A DNA stretch of 63,574 nucleotides, filler included, from Candidatus Woesearchaeota archaeon (GCA_030753365.1; 5 parts of 5 records of this genome joined end to end with filler, not necessarily neighbours in it), one strand, 5' to 3'. Numbered from the whole stretch's first letter, positions 28,882 through 38,271 are shown. Notes: generated from the letters alone by a model not told the origin. Numbers and translations: made by a program.

Positions 28882-30378
28882 TTATCCACTAACCTGCCTT
28901 TTCACGTCTTCACCAATCTTCTTTCCTAGGACAGAAGTAAGCTTTGAAAGCTCTGCTTTCCTAACATCACCTAAATCTCTTATGTTATGGAAGTAAAGCT
29001 TTCTTGCCCTTGCCCTGCCTATACCTTCAAGTCTTACTAATGGCAATAGTTGTTCTCTTACTCCATATTTGAGCCTTAATCTCACTTTGATGAGCTCTTT
29101 TATTATGGGTTTTAAGTTTAATAATTTAGATAATTCTCCTGCGCAGTAAATAAGCCAATCAGCTCTTTCAAGCTTTACCCTTATTTCGCCGGGCCGTATG
29201 CCAAACTCTTCAAGAAGAGTTTCTTCATCTTTCTCATTAATCCATTCGTAAAGCATCATGGCGGTTTTAATAGATTTTACAAAGTTTTCATAGCCAAAGT
29301 CATATTCTGAAGGTTCGTTCATAAGCAGGCTTGATGAATGTTTAAGAAGAGTTTGTTCTACCTCTTCCCTATCCTTTGACCTTACACTCAATAAAGGCTT
29401 CATCTCAATAGTGTATGAAAGCGCTTGGAGAAAGGGAAATGATTTTGTGTTTTCATCTGCTCTCTTAAGGCATTCTATGATATTACTGGCAGTGTAAGGG
29501 TCAATGTAAAGTTCTGCAATCCTTTTGCCTATGGGTGTGGCAGTATAGCTTTCTTTTCCATAATCTGAAGCTGACTGGAAGCCTGAATTGTCTGCCTGTT
29601 TTGAGCTGCATTCAAGGAAGTTCCATTCGGTGAGAAGGCTTAGCATCTCATGAATTATGCTTTCCAGTTTTTCTATGTCGCCATAATTAAATGCCCAGAA
29701 TGTTTTCTTGAAAAAGTTGAATATCTGGCTTAAATCGTTCACATAGCCTGTTGCAATCAATGAAAGAAGATAAGTTCTCAGGGCAGGCTCTGCTGCGAGC
29801 TTTGACTCAATCTTTTCAGGCTCACCTAATATGTATTTCTCGTGAATCTTGTCTTTATGGCCATCGTTATTAGCGATTACAATGGCTTCGCCGTGCTTGT
29901 CATAACCAGGTCTGCCGCATCTTCCAATCATTTGGCAGTATTCAAGCACTGGTATCCAATCGAGACCTCTTGGTCCAAACCTTCTAAGATCTTTTATGAT
30001 TGCCCTGAAAGCTGGCAATTGGAGTCCCATAGCAAGTGTTGGCGTGCAACATATTATTTTAACAACTCCTTTCTTAAAAGCATCCTCAATCAACTCTTTC
30101 TGTTTTCCAATAAGGCCTGCATGATGGTAAGCTATGCCTTTTTTTACACATTTGGATAATCTCTCGCACTGTTTTGTTGGCCTTGACAAGGCGTGAAGGA
30201 TTTGATTGGAGAGTTCAAGCTGTTCTTTGGTTGAGGACTTGATTTCTTTAGAAATGTCTTCAGCAGCTTTCTCTGCTGATCTCTTTGTGTTAGCAAATAC
30301 CAAGCATTGTTTCTTATTCTTTAATGTATCAAGAACAAGGTCTATGGCGCCGTCATTTGTTGGTGTAAGGATTTTCAT
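28882..30378 (-). CDS. Hel308/Ski2-like helicase, C-terminal part only
   Basis: LVFANTKR, AYHHAGL, TPTLAMG, QMIGRCGRPGYD, LEGIGRARARKL; no Walker A or DExH. Confidence 0.85.
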   Translation of the reverse strand: MKILTPTNDGAIDLVLDTLKNKKQCLVFANTKRSAEKAAEDISKEIKSSTKEQLELSNQILHALSRPTKQCERLSKCVKKGIAYHHAGLIGKQKELIEDAFKKGVVKIICCTPTLAMGLQLPAFRAIIKDLRRFGPRGLDWIPVLEYCQMIGRCGRPGYDKHGEAIVIANNDGHKDKIHEKYILGEPEKIESKLAAEPALRTYLLSLIATGYVNDLSQIFNFFKKTFWAFNYGDIEKLESIIHEMLSLLTEWNFLECSSKQADNSGFQSASDYGKESYTATPIGKRIAELYIDPYTASNIIECLKRADENTKSFPFLQALSYTIEMKPLLSVRSKDREEVEQTLLKHSSSLLMNEPSEYDFGYENFVKSIKTAMMLYEWINEKDEETLLEEFGIRPGEIRVKLERADWLIYCAGELSKLLNLKPIIKELIKVRLRLKYGVREQLLPLVRLEGIGRARARKLYFHNIRDLGDVRKAELSKLTSVLGKKIGEDVKRQVSG

Positions 30379-30517
30379 AGTAACAAAGGAAAGTCATTTG
30401 GTATAAAAAGTATTCGTGGAATTTATAAAGTCTTAAACTAGGATATCTAATAATAAAAACCTTTATTATGTTCAAATTAAGTTTAGTTATTCATTAAGCA
30501 AAATTAATTGACCTTAA

Positions 30518-31296
30518 ATGAAAACTAAAAAAATCAATCATGAAATAATCAAGAGTTTCTGTGAATTATATAACCATGACAAATCTTTGCGTACTATTGC
30601 CAAGGAAAAGAAAGATTCTCCTAATACGGTTAAGAAATACCTTCTCTTGGAAGGGATAAAGGTAAAATGTAAAAATATTGTTTATAGCACCAAAACTCAT
30701 GATCACTTATTAAATGGATTATATTTAGGTATATGGGCAGGAGATGGCACTCATTATATGGACAAAGGCTATAGGATTAAGATTTGTTGTCATAGAAACA
30801 ATATTGAACTAATAAATTTTATACAGGATTCTTTATTAAACTTTTTAATAAAAAAAGTAATTTACAAATAGAAAAAAAGTACAATAGAACTAACATAAGA
30901 TTCAATTCAAAATTCATTTATAATTATGTTTATGATTCCCTTGATTTTGGGTCAAATAAAACACATACTGTAGGTCTTAAGAAACCAATTGATTCTTATT
31001 CAAATAGATTCTTAAGTGGCTTTCTTTTAGGCTTAGTGTTGACTGATGGATATTTAAAGGAAAGATTTTGTTTTAATACAACATCACCTAAACTAGCAGA
31101 AAATGTAAAATATATCCTTGGTAGGTTAGGTTATAAGGCTAATCTATATAAGCATAGAAGAGGAGAGCAAGGATGGAAAGATCTTTGTATGATTAGTTTA
31201 ACAAAATGTGATAGTAGAAGTCTTTTGGGCATATTAAATAAAGAGTTAGAGAAAGTTGGATACAATAAAGGATTCAAGATTATAAAAGGATATTAA
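30518..31296 (+). pseudogene. Two-motif LAGLIDADG endonuclease-like gene with N-terminal HTH, one frameshift near 30840-30857
   Basis: LYLGIWAGDG in the first frame; the -1 frame is open from about 30840 and reads ...FLSGFLLGLVLTDG...FNTTS.KLA. Confidence 0.8.
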
Positions 31297-31300
31297 AAAA

Positions 31301-31469
31301 TGGGCCCGCGGAGACTCCCAAATCCAGAGGAATTTGTGGTCTCCCTCTGGGATATTTGAACTCCGGACCTTTATCGGGCTATTGCCTCACGATGTCTAAG
31401 TCTGGTTATCAGTATCGCAATCAAAAAAACTTTTGATTCGTGCGCACCACCAGACTATGCTACGGGCCC
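31301..31469 (-). tRNA. tRNA-Ile(GAU) with four introns
   Basis: Exons 31469-31439, 31413-31407, 31393-31388, 31370-31355 and 31314-31301 join to a 74-nt cloverleaf GGGCCCGTAGCATAGTCTGGTGGTGCGCACGACTGATAATCGTGAGGTCCGGAGTTCAAATCTCCGCGGGCCCA. Confidence 0.88.
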
Positions 31470-31502
31470 ATAGAACTAATTAGTTAATAAAGGGTTTATA
31501 AA

Positions 31503-31625
31503 ATGCTCGGAATTTTCCATCATGTTTTTGACAAAAAATAAGCTTCGCTTGTTGTGATTTCAGAAAAGTAGAAAATTCTGAGCATGCTCAAGAATCGTTC
31601 TGTTGTTCTGATGGTTCTTGACATT
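31503..31625. repeat. Intergenic multi-hairpin element (family B)
   Basis: ATGCTCGGAATTTTC/GAAAATTCTGAGCAT inverted repeat enclosing AAGC-TTC-GCTT, then a TCAAGAATC/GGTTCTTGA stem. Confidence 0.7.
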
Positions 31626-31679
31626 TATCGTAAGATTTATAAAGATAGTATTTAAATTATACCTATAGTTAAAAAGAGG

Positions 31680-32234
31680 TTGATGCTAATGGTGGACAGC
31701 GATTATGAGCTTCTTCCCGAAAAGGATATACTCAAAATAAAAAGAGAACTTAATGAGCTTAAAGAAAATGAGCTTTCTTCTAAATTCTCTCCTGAAAAGA
31801 TTGAAGAGTTAAATAATAATATAAAAGAATTGATTGAAGTCATCAGATTAGCAAGTGATGAAGTGAAACTTGAAAAAGTTGATCCATACATACATAGACT
31901 TAGTGTTATTGAAAAGAAGATTGATAAATCATTGTATGAGAATAAAGAGATTGCACAAGGCATAGTTGCTCTTGCTGATTTGATTAATAAGCCTGCACCA
32001 CCACCTGTGCAACATCCTGCTGCTCCAGCGCCGCCTATGGAAGCGCCTGCTAATCCACCTATGCCATTAGGGTCAGGACAAAATCCTTCTCCACATCCGC
32101 CTGGAGCTCCGCCAATGCCACCGCCTTTGAATCCTCCTCCTGGACCTGGAATGCCAGCTCCTATAATGCCTATGCCTCCTGCTGGGAAGCCGCAAAAGAA
32201 AGGATTGTTTGGGGGAATGTTTAAGAAGAAGTAA
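31680..32234 (+). CDS. Hypothetical coiled-coil protein with Pro-rich tail
   Basis: Heptad-like N-half, poly-Pro linker, C-terminal KKGLFGGMFKKK; GAGG RBS. Confidence 0.65.
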   Translation: MMLMVDSDYELLPEKDILKIKRELNELKENELSSKFSPEKIEELNNNIKELIEVIRLASDEVKLEKVDPYIHRLSVIEKKIDKSLYENKEIAQGIVALADLINKPAPPPVQHPAAPAPPMEAPANPPMPLGSGQNPSPHPPGAPPMPPPLNPPPGPGMPAPIMPMPPAGKPQKKGLFGGMFKKK

Positions 32235-32235
32235 G

Positions 32236-32637
32236 ATGAACAAATCAATTTTTTCTAGTAATGAACTTAATCCTATTAAATTAAGAAGTTTTCTAAGGCA
32301 TCTTAGGTTGCAAAGAAGAAAAAGCTGGGAAATAGAGTCTGAGAAGCCAATCTTGGCAGAAACTGAAGAGCCTAAAACTGATTTCAGCAAGATGAGCAAA
32401 GCGGAAGCAAGGAAGCTGTATAAAAGGATTCAGTCTTTAAAGAGAACTGTTAAGAGGGTTAAGGGGGAAGGCATTAAAGTAGTGAAGCCTCCTGCTATAA
32501 AGAAAACTGGTGTTAAAAAGCCTGTTACTAAGAAGAGATTATTTTCTAAAAGGAAGGCTGTTAAGAAGGTTGGTGTGAAAAAGGTTCCTATTAAGAGAAA
32601 GGTTAGTAAGGGGAAAAGGGTTGCTAGAATAAAATAA
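32236..32637 (+). CDS. Hypothetical Lys-rich basic protein
   Basis: ATG directly after the previous stop; K/V-rich low-complexity C-terminus. Confidence 0.55.
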   Translation: MNKSIFSSNELNPIKLRSFLRHLRLQRRKSWEIESEKPILAETEEPKTDFSKMSKAEARKLYKRIQSLKRTVKRVKGEGIKVVKPPAIKKTGVKKPVTKKRLFSKRKAVKKVGVKKVPIKRKVSKGKRVARIK

Positions 32638-32652
32638 AGAAGACTATTACAA

Positions 32653-33723
32653 TTATTCAACAAACTTTGGAACATATTTTGCTTCTTTGAGTGTTCCTTC
32701 TTTTAGAAGTTCTCTAACCAAGGGTAGATTATCAATACCTACTTTGCCAACGTAAAGTGTTCTAAAGTCTCCGTCTGTTTCAGCAAAGTCTCTTACTTTT
32801 ACAAGGCCTTCTAAATAGACATGGTCTTTAATATAGCCACCGGCTCTATGTGCTCTAACTGAAAGGTCCCATGCCTGGTCATCTGTTAGTTCATAGTTCT
32901 TAAGCCTGTCAAATGTTTCGCTGAAATCTAATCCTTTACATACAGAATCAACAGCTATAACTCTTCCTGCATAATTTCTCATTACTTCCTTATTAGTGTT
33001 GCCTATAACTTCTTCGAAGTATGATGTTAATCCTTCCTCTGTAGGAAGGTATCCTGGCAAGCCTATTGCGAATATCTTAAGAGGCTGTTCATATCCATTA
33101 GTAGCTCTTAAGGCGTGCACATCAACTTCATGAATACCTGCTCTTGTAAGATCTATATCAGGGAAACCTCTATCTTTGCATACAGTAATTCTTTTTTCTT
33201 CAGGATAAGCAGTGGTTAATTTCTTGTCTGAGAACTCAACCTGCCAATCAGTTATGTCATTATTAGCTAGAGCTTCTTCTAAGGCTTTTTTAATCATATC
33301 GGATGGAACGTTTTTTTCAAATTCAATGTTTGGAATCTGTCTAAGTAAACTATCTGCATAACCTACTAATTGTTCATTTGGGATTCCATAAATTGTTGAA
33401 CTAGCTTCCCTAACAATGTCTTCATTCCCTAAATTTTCTATAATTCTGTTTTCAAGTAATGTATTCCTTCTTTTCTGCTGAAACATTTGTCCTAGAGCAT
33501 CATCTGGTATTTCAATAGAATTTAGCATGTTTCTGATTTCATTAGGGTCATATTCTAGGTCTTTGTATTGAAATTTAGGATTCTGTGTTTTACCAGCTAG
33601 AAATTCTTCTTTTTGCTCTTTTTCATTGCCATTAACTGGGTCAATATAATGTAATGGATTTGTATTCTTAGCACTATCCATAAGAGCTTCATCCAGTGAA
33701 TTATAAACTTGTATATTTGTCAT
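32653..33723 (-). CDS. DUF1704 (Tyr/Phe carboxypeptidase-like, MATCAP-related) metallopeptidase
   Basis: NPKFQY, HEVDVH (HExxxH), TEEGL, KDHVYLEG, LYVGKV. Confidence 0.8.
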   Translation of the reverse strand: MTNIQVYNSLDEALMDSAKNTNPLHYIDPVNGNEKEQKEEFLAGKTQNPKFQYKDLEYDPNEIRNMLNSIEIPDDALGQMFQQKRRNTLLENRIIENLGNEDIVREASSTIYGIPNEQLVGYADSLLRQIPNIEFEKNVPSDMIKKALEEALANNDITDWQVEFSDKKLTTAYPEEKRITVCKDRGFPDIDLTRAGIHEVDVHALRATNGYEQPLKIFAIGLPGYLPTEEGLTSYFEEVIGNTNKEVMRNYAGRVIAVDSVCKGLDFSETFDRLKNYELTDDQAWDLSVRAHRAGGYIKDHVYLEGLVKVRDFAETDGDFRTLYVGKVGIDNLPLVRELLKEGTLKEAKYVPKFVE

Positions 33724-33851
33724 TTTACCCCTTATTATAGCTTATAGTGGTAGTATTTAAACCTTTTCATTATTTACCTCTTATGAGTAGTTCTAACACT
33801 ATAATCAACCAATAGCAACCTTTATAAACAATTTTACACTACATTTATTCT

Positions 33852-34199
33852 ATGAAAGTAAAACCACTTCTTCCAAGTTTAAGGGAAAAAAAGAGATATC
33901 TGGTGTTCCAGGTTTTGTCTAAATCGCCAGTCAAATCTTCTAATGAATTAATTAAAAGTATTCATTCAAACTGCCTTAGTTTCTTAGGAGAACTTGGGTT
34001 TGCAAAGGCAGGACTAATGTTTCTTAAAGATAAGTATAATCCTAAACTTCAGAAGGGTATTATAAAGGTAAACAATAAATATATAAACCATCTAAAAGCT
34101 GTAGTAGCATTAGTTAAGAAGATTGATAACCAGAATGTTATTATCAGCTCGGTAGGGGTTTCAGGCATACTGAAGAAAGCCGAGAAGATGATGGTTTAA
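33852..34199 (+). CDS. rnp2: RNase P subunit Pop5/Rpp14
   Basis: LPSLREKKRYL...GVSGILKKA; head of the exosome superoperon. Confidence 0.92.
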   Translation: MKVKPLLPSLREKKRYLVFQVLSKSPVKSSNELIKSIHSNCLSFLGELGFAKAGLMFLKDKYNPKLQKGIIKVNNKYINHLKAVVALVKKIDNQNVIISSVGVSGILKKAEKMMV

Positions 34200-34236
34200 T
34201 TTTATTAAAAAAACGTTAATAGGAGGATGATTAATA

Positions 34237-34974
34237 ATGCAGCCAATGCCACATCAATTAATGGGTTATGACAGGGCCATAACAATGTTTAGTCCTGACG
34301 GTAGATTGTTACAGGTAGAGTATGCTAAGAAAACGGTTAAGCAAGGTTCTACAGCTATTGGAATAGTTTGTTCTGATGGAGTTTTATTAGTTACTGATAA
34401 AAGGGTTATGGACAACCTGATTATACCAGAGTCTGTTGAAAAGACGTTCCAAATAGATGAACATATAGGGGCAAGTGCTTCAGGAATCTTGTCTGATGCA
34501 AGGGTTTTGATAGAGAATGCACAGACAAAAGCGCAGCAGCATAGGATGACATATGATTCTAAGATAGATGTTCTTAGCGTTGTTAAGGCTATCTGTGATT
34601 TAAAGCAGATCTGCACTCAAAGCGCTGGACTAAGGCCTTTTGGTGTCAGCATATTGGTTGCTGGCGTTGATGGTACAGGACCTAAACTGTTTGAGACAGA
34701 CCCTACTGGAATATATTTCCAGTATAGAGCAAGTGTTATTGGTGAAGGTGAGACTGAAATAGAAGAAATATTGCATAAGCAATATAAGGAAAGTCTTACA
34801 ATTGAAGATAGTCTGAAGCTTGCTATAAGAGCTCTTGCAAAAGTGCTTGATAAGAATTTTGATGCTAGTAGAATTGACGCAGCTTATGTAAGAACAGATG
34901 AAAAGAAGTTCAGTAAGTTTTCCAAGGACAAAATAGAAAAAGTGCTTAAGGAAGTTAAAAGGTCTGAGAAGTAG
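34237..34974 (+). CDS. psmA: Proteasome alpha subunit
   Basis: YDRAITMFSPDGRLLQVEYA. Confidence 0.97.
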   Translation: MQPMPHQLMGYDRAITMFSPDGRLLQVEYAKKTVKQGSTAIGIVCSDGVLLVTDKRVMDNLIIPESVEKTFQIDEHIGASASGILSDARVLIENAQTKAQQHRMTYDSKIDVLSVVKAICDLKQICTQSAGLRPFGVSILVAGVDGTGPKLFETDPTGIYFQYRASVIGEGETEIEEILHKQYKESLTIEDSLKLAIRALAKVLDKNFDASRIDAAYVRTDEKKFSKFSKDKIEKVLKEVKRSEK

Positions 34975-34981
34975 ATTCACT

Positions 34982-35701
34982 ATGGCTGGAATAACCTGCG
35001 ATAAAGAAAGAGTTTCTCTCGATATAGCAAGACTTAGAAAAGAAGGCAAAGATTTTGAAATTTGTGTTGAGCCTGATAAGGCGCTTAGCCTTAAGAGCGG
35101 AGAAAGTATTGATATTAGAGATGTGTTAATTACTGAAAAGATTTTCTCGGATGTTAAGAAAGGTCTTGAAGCTTCTGAAAAAGATATAAAAGCTGTTTTT
35201 GGGATTTCTGATATATTTGAGATTGCTGAAATAATCGTAAAAAAAGGTGATATTCCTTTAACAACTGAGTATAAAAATAAGTTAAGGGAGCAAAAGAAGA
35301 AACAGATTATACAGATTATCCATAAGAATGGTGTTGATCCTAAGACGCATATTCCTCATCCTATAAATAGGATAGAAAATGCGATTGAAGCTGCAAAGGT
35401 GCATATAGATGAAAGGAAGTCTGTTCAGGTTCAGGTTCAGGATATTCTTAAGAAAGTAAGAGTTATATTGCCTATAAGATTTGAAGTTAAAGAGCTTGCA
35501 GTGAAGATACCTGCAAGTTATGCACCTAAATCTTACCCTATCATGAAGAGTTTTGGGAAGCTGTTGAAAGAGGAATGGCAGAATGATGGCAGCCTTGTGG
35601 CAGTTGTTGAGATGCCTGGAGGCCTTGAAGAGGATTTTCACCAAAAACTGAATGCCTTGTGTCATGGTGAAGTTGAGAGCAAAGTGCTGAATACTAAGTA
35701 G
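34982..35701 (+). CDS. Ribosome maturation factor SBDS/Sdo1
   Basis: ARL...G..FEI, DPKT..PHP..RIE, EEW..DGS; canonical position. Confidence 0.95.
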   Translation: MAGITCDKERVSLDIARLRKEGKDFEICVEPDKALSLKSGESIDIRDVLITEKIFSDVKKGLEASEKDIKAVFGISDIFEIAEIIVKKGDIPLTTEYKNKLREQKKKQIIQIIHKNGVDPKTHIPHPINRIENAIEAAKVHIDERKSVQVQVQDILKKVRVILPIRFEVKELAVKIPASYAPKSYPIMKSFGKLLKEEWQNDGSLVAVVEMPGGLEEDFHQKLNALCHGEVESKVLNTK

Positions 35702-35796
35702 AAATAGGAAAATTGCTTTAAGAAGGATTAAATTTCTCTAATTTTTGAAAAGATATATAAATGATGGCATAATTCCTTATTCTGGAGAGAAAAAGA

Positions 35797-36489
35797 ATGA
35801 GTTTACTGATTAAAGATAAAGACATTGTAGTTCCTGGTGAAGAATTAGCGAAAGGTATTGAGTATTCTTCAGGTTATGGAACTTATAAGGATAAAGAAGG
35901 TATAGTTGCTTCTAAGCTTGGTTTGGTTAATATAAGAGATAAAGAAATTAGCCTAGTGCCTTTATCAGGCAGATATATGCCTCAGAGGGATGACGTAATA
36001 ATTGGGCAGATAGAAGATATTTCTTTCTCAGGATGGAGAGTTGATACAGGTTCAGCTTATTCTGCTATGCTAAGCGTTAGAGATGCAACATCTGAATATA
36101 TAAACAAAGGCGCAGATTTGACCAGATTTTATGATTTAGGAGATTATATTGTAACAAAAATACTTAATGTTACTTCTCAGAAATTGATTGACCTTACAAT
36201 GAAAGGCCCTGGCTTAAGAAAACTTGTTGGCGGTAGAATTATAGAGGTTAACGCTCACAAAGTGCCAAGAATAATAGGAAAAGCAGGTTCTATGGTAAGT
36301 TTAATCAAAGAAAATACTAATTGCAAGATTACAGTAGGACAAAATGGGTTAATTTGGATTGATGGAAGCCCGGCAGATGAATTGGTTGCTGTAAACACAA
36401 TAAGAAAAATTGAAAGAGAAGCTCATATAAGCGGATTAACTGATAAAATAAAAGCATATTTAGAGGAGTGTTGCAAGAAAAATGAATAG
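35797..36489 (+). CDS. rrp4: Exosome RNA-binding subunit Rrp4
   Basis: VVPGE, S1 domain, KH KVPRIIGKAGSM, VGQNG.IW. Confidence 0.95.
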   Translation: MSLLIKDKDIVVPGEELAKGIEYSSGYGTYKDKEGIVASKLGLVNIRDKEISLVPLSGRYMPQRDDVIIGQIEDISFSGWRVDTGSAYSAMLSVRDATSEYINKGADLTRFYDLGDYIVTKILNVTSQKLIDLTMKGPGLRKLVGGRIIEVNAHKVPRIIGKAGSMVSLIKENTNCKITVGQNGLIWIDGSPADELVAVNTIRKIEREAHISGLTDKIKAYLEECCKKNE

Positions 36490-37171
36490 ACCTGATGGAA
36501 GAAGATTTGATGAATTGAGAGATATAGAAGCGAAAGCCGGAATCATAAAGAGGGCTGACGGTTCTGCTTCTTTTAAGATAGGGGATACTATTGCTTATGC
36601 AGCAGTGTATGGTCCAAGGAATCTTTATCCTAAGTTTCTTCAGAACCCTGAGAAGGGAGTTTTAAGATGCAGTTATAACATGATGCCTTTTTCAGGTTCA
36701 GGAGAAAGAATCAGGCCAGGCTCAAGCAGAAGGAGCAAGGAAATTTCGCTTGTAACACAGAAAGCGCTTCTGCCAGCTATAAACCTTAATGAGTTTCCTA
36801 ATTCAGTTATTGATATTTTTATAGAATTTCCACAGACAGATGCTGGTTCAAGATGTGCTGGTATTTGCGCGGTGTCAATAGCTTTGGCTGAGGCAGGAAT
36901 TCCTATGAAAGAGCTTGTTGCTGCTGTTGCAGTTGGATTAGTTAATGGAGAAGTTGCTGTTGACTTGAGCAAGGAAGAAGAAGATCTAGGTGGAGCTGTG
37001 GACATTCCTATTGCTGTTACAACAAGATCAGGTAAAATAAGCCTGCTTCAAATGGATGGAATGATTAAAGCTGAAGATATCAAAAAAGGTGTGGCATTAG
37101 GAAAGAAAGCATGCCAAAAAATATTTGAAATTCAGAAAAAAGCCTTAAAGGAGAAATATAATACTCAATAA
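36482..37171 (+). CDS. rrp41: Exosome subunit Rrp41
   Basis: RPDGR...ELR, ADGSA, VYGPR, RRSKEIS, DAGSR. Confidence 0.95.
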   Translation: MNRPDGRRFDELRDIEAKAGIIKRADGSASFKIGDTIAYAAVYGPRNLYPKFLQNPEKGVLRCSYNMMPFSGSGERIRPGSSRRSKEISLVTQKALLPAINLNEFPNSVIDIFIEFPQTDAGSRCAGICAVSIALAEAGIPMKELVAAVAVGLVNGEVAVDLSKEEEDLGGAVDIPIAVTTRSGKISLLQMDGMIKAEDIKKGVALGKKACQKIFEIQKKALKEKYNTQ

Positions 37172-37172
37172 A

Positions 37173-37943
37173 ATGTATAATAATCTAAAATTACATATAA
37201 TCAACTGCCTTAATGAGAACATAAGGTTTGACGGCAGAAAAAATGATGAACATAGGAAGATAACAGTAGAATATGGTATTTCTAAGAGCGCTGAAGGCTC
37301 TGCAAGAGTTAAAATTGGAAACACAGAAGTAATAGTAGGGGTTAAGACAGAAATAGGAACGCCTTATCCTGACAAGCCTGGTGAAGGTACTATTATGGTA
37401 GGCGCTGAATTAACACCGTTATCTAATCCTGATTTTGAGAATGGTCCTCCTAGCATACAAGCTATTGAACTTGCAAGAGTTATTGATAGGGGATTAAGAG
37501 AAAGTGAAGCAATGGATTTTAAGCAGTTATGCATAAAAGAAGGAGAAAAGGTTTGGTTACTATTGATTGATATATGCACTGTGAATGATGAAGGTAACTT
37601 GTTTGATGCTTCTTCACTTGCAGCATTGGCTGCTCTTAAGGATATGCATTTTCCTGCGTTTGATGGGGAAAAGATAGATTATAAGAAAAAGTCAGAAAAG
37701 AAGCTTGAATTGAAGGAAGAGCCGTTATCTGTTACAGTCTATAAAATAGGAGAAAAATATGTGATTGATCCTACTAATGAAGAAGAAGTGTTCGTGGATT
37801 CAAGGTTGACTGTGGCAGCTACTTCAGATGGGACAATATGTGCTTTACAGAAAGGCGGGGACAGTGCGCTTACTGAAGAAGATATTGATGCTATGATTGA
37901 CTTATCTATTAAAAAAACGCAGGAATTAAGGAAACATTTATAA
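37173..37943 (+). CDS. rrp42: Exosome subunit Rrp42
   Basis: RFDGR, AEGSA.V.IG.T, ELARVIDRGLRES, DEGNLFDA, QKGG. Confidence 0.95.
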   Translation: MYNNLKLHIINCLNENIRFDGRKNDEHRKITVEYGISKSAEGSARVKIGNTEVIVGVKTEIGTPYPDKPGEGTIMVGAELTPLSNPDFENGPPSIQAIELARVIDRGLRESEAMDFKQLCIKEGEKVWLLLIDICTVNDEGNLFDASSLAALAALKDMHFPAFDGEKIDYKKKSEKKLELKEEPLSVTVYKIGEKYVIDPTNEEEVFVDSRLTVAATSDGTICALQKGGDSALTEEDIDAMIDLSIKKTQELRKHL

Positions 37944-37989
37944 ATCAATTATTTTCTTAATCTAAATATACTTAATATATGAGGTTAAT

Positions 37990-38241
37990 ATGGATAATAA
38001 AAAAATTCCAATGGAAGAGTACACAAGGTTTGAAAGGGCTAGACTTGTTGGAAGCAGAGCTTTGCAGATTAGCATGGGCGCTCCTTTTAAGGTTAAACTG
38101 AGTGAGAAAGACCTTAAAAGAATTAAATACAATCCTGTTGAAATAGCAAAGATGGAGTTGGAGAAAGGAGTTATTCCTATTGATATAAGAAGACCAATTA
38201 CTAAGTCTGGTTCTGAAGAAGAAGTTGTTAAGACTGAATAA
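37990..38241 (+). CDS. rpoK: RNA polymerase subunit K (Rpo6)
   Basis: [22 protein letters not shown]. Confidence 0.96.
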   Translation: MDNKKIPMEEYTRFERARLVGSRALQISMGAPFKVKLSEKDLKRIKYNPVEIAKMELEKGVIPIDIRRPITKSGSEEEVVKTE

Positions 38242-38271
38242 AGGTTTGTTTAATAATTCTAGTTTATAAAA

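Noticed and set aside
31315..31354. Possible nested intron within tRNA-Ile intron 4 (AAAT/ATTT helix with ATC and GGG bulges)
   Set aside because: Cutting there would leave 6 extra nt in the T loop; a single 59/60 intron explains the sequence more simply, though it cannot be excluded without RNA data.
31703..32248. 181-aa Gly-rich minus-strand ORF
   Set aside because: Antisense shadow of the Pro-rich gene (CCN codons read as GGN).
33852..38241. Pop5-psmA-SBDS-rrp4-rrp41-rrp42 cluster as a novel system
   Set aside because: This is the well-known archaeal exosome/proteasome superoperon; only the appended rpoK is a minor variation.
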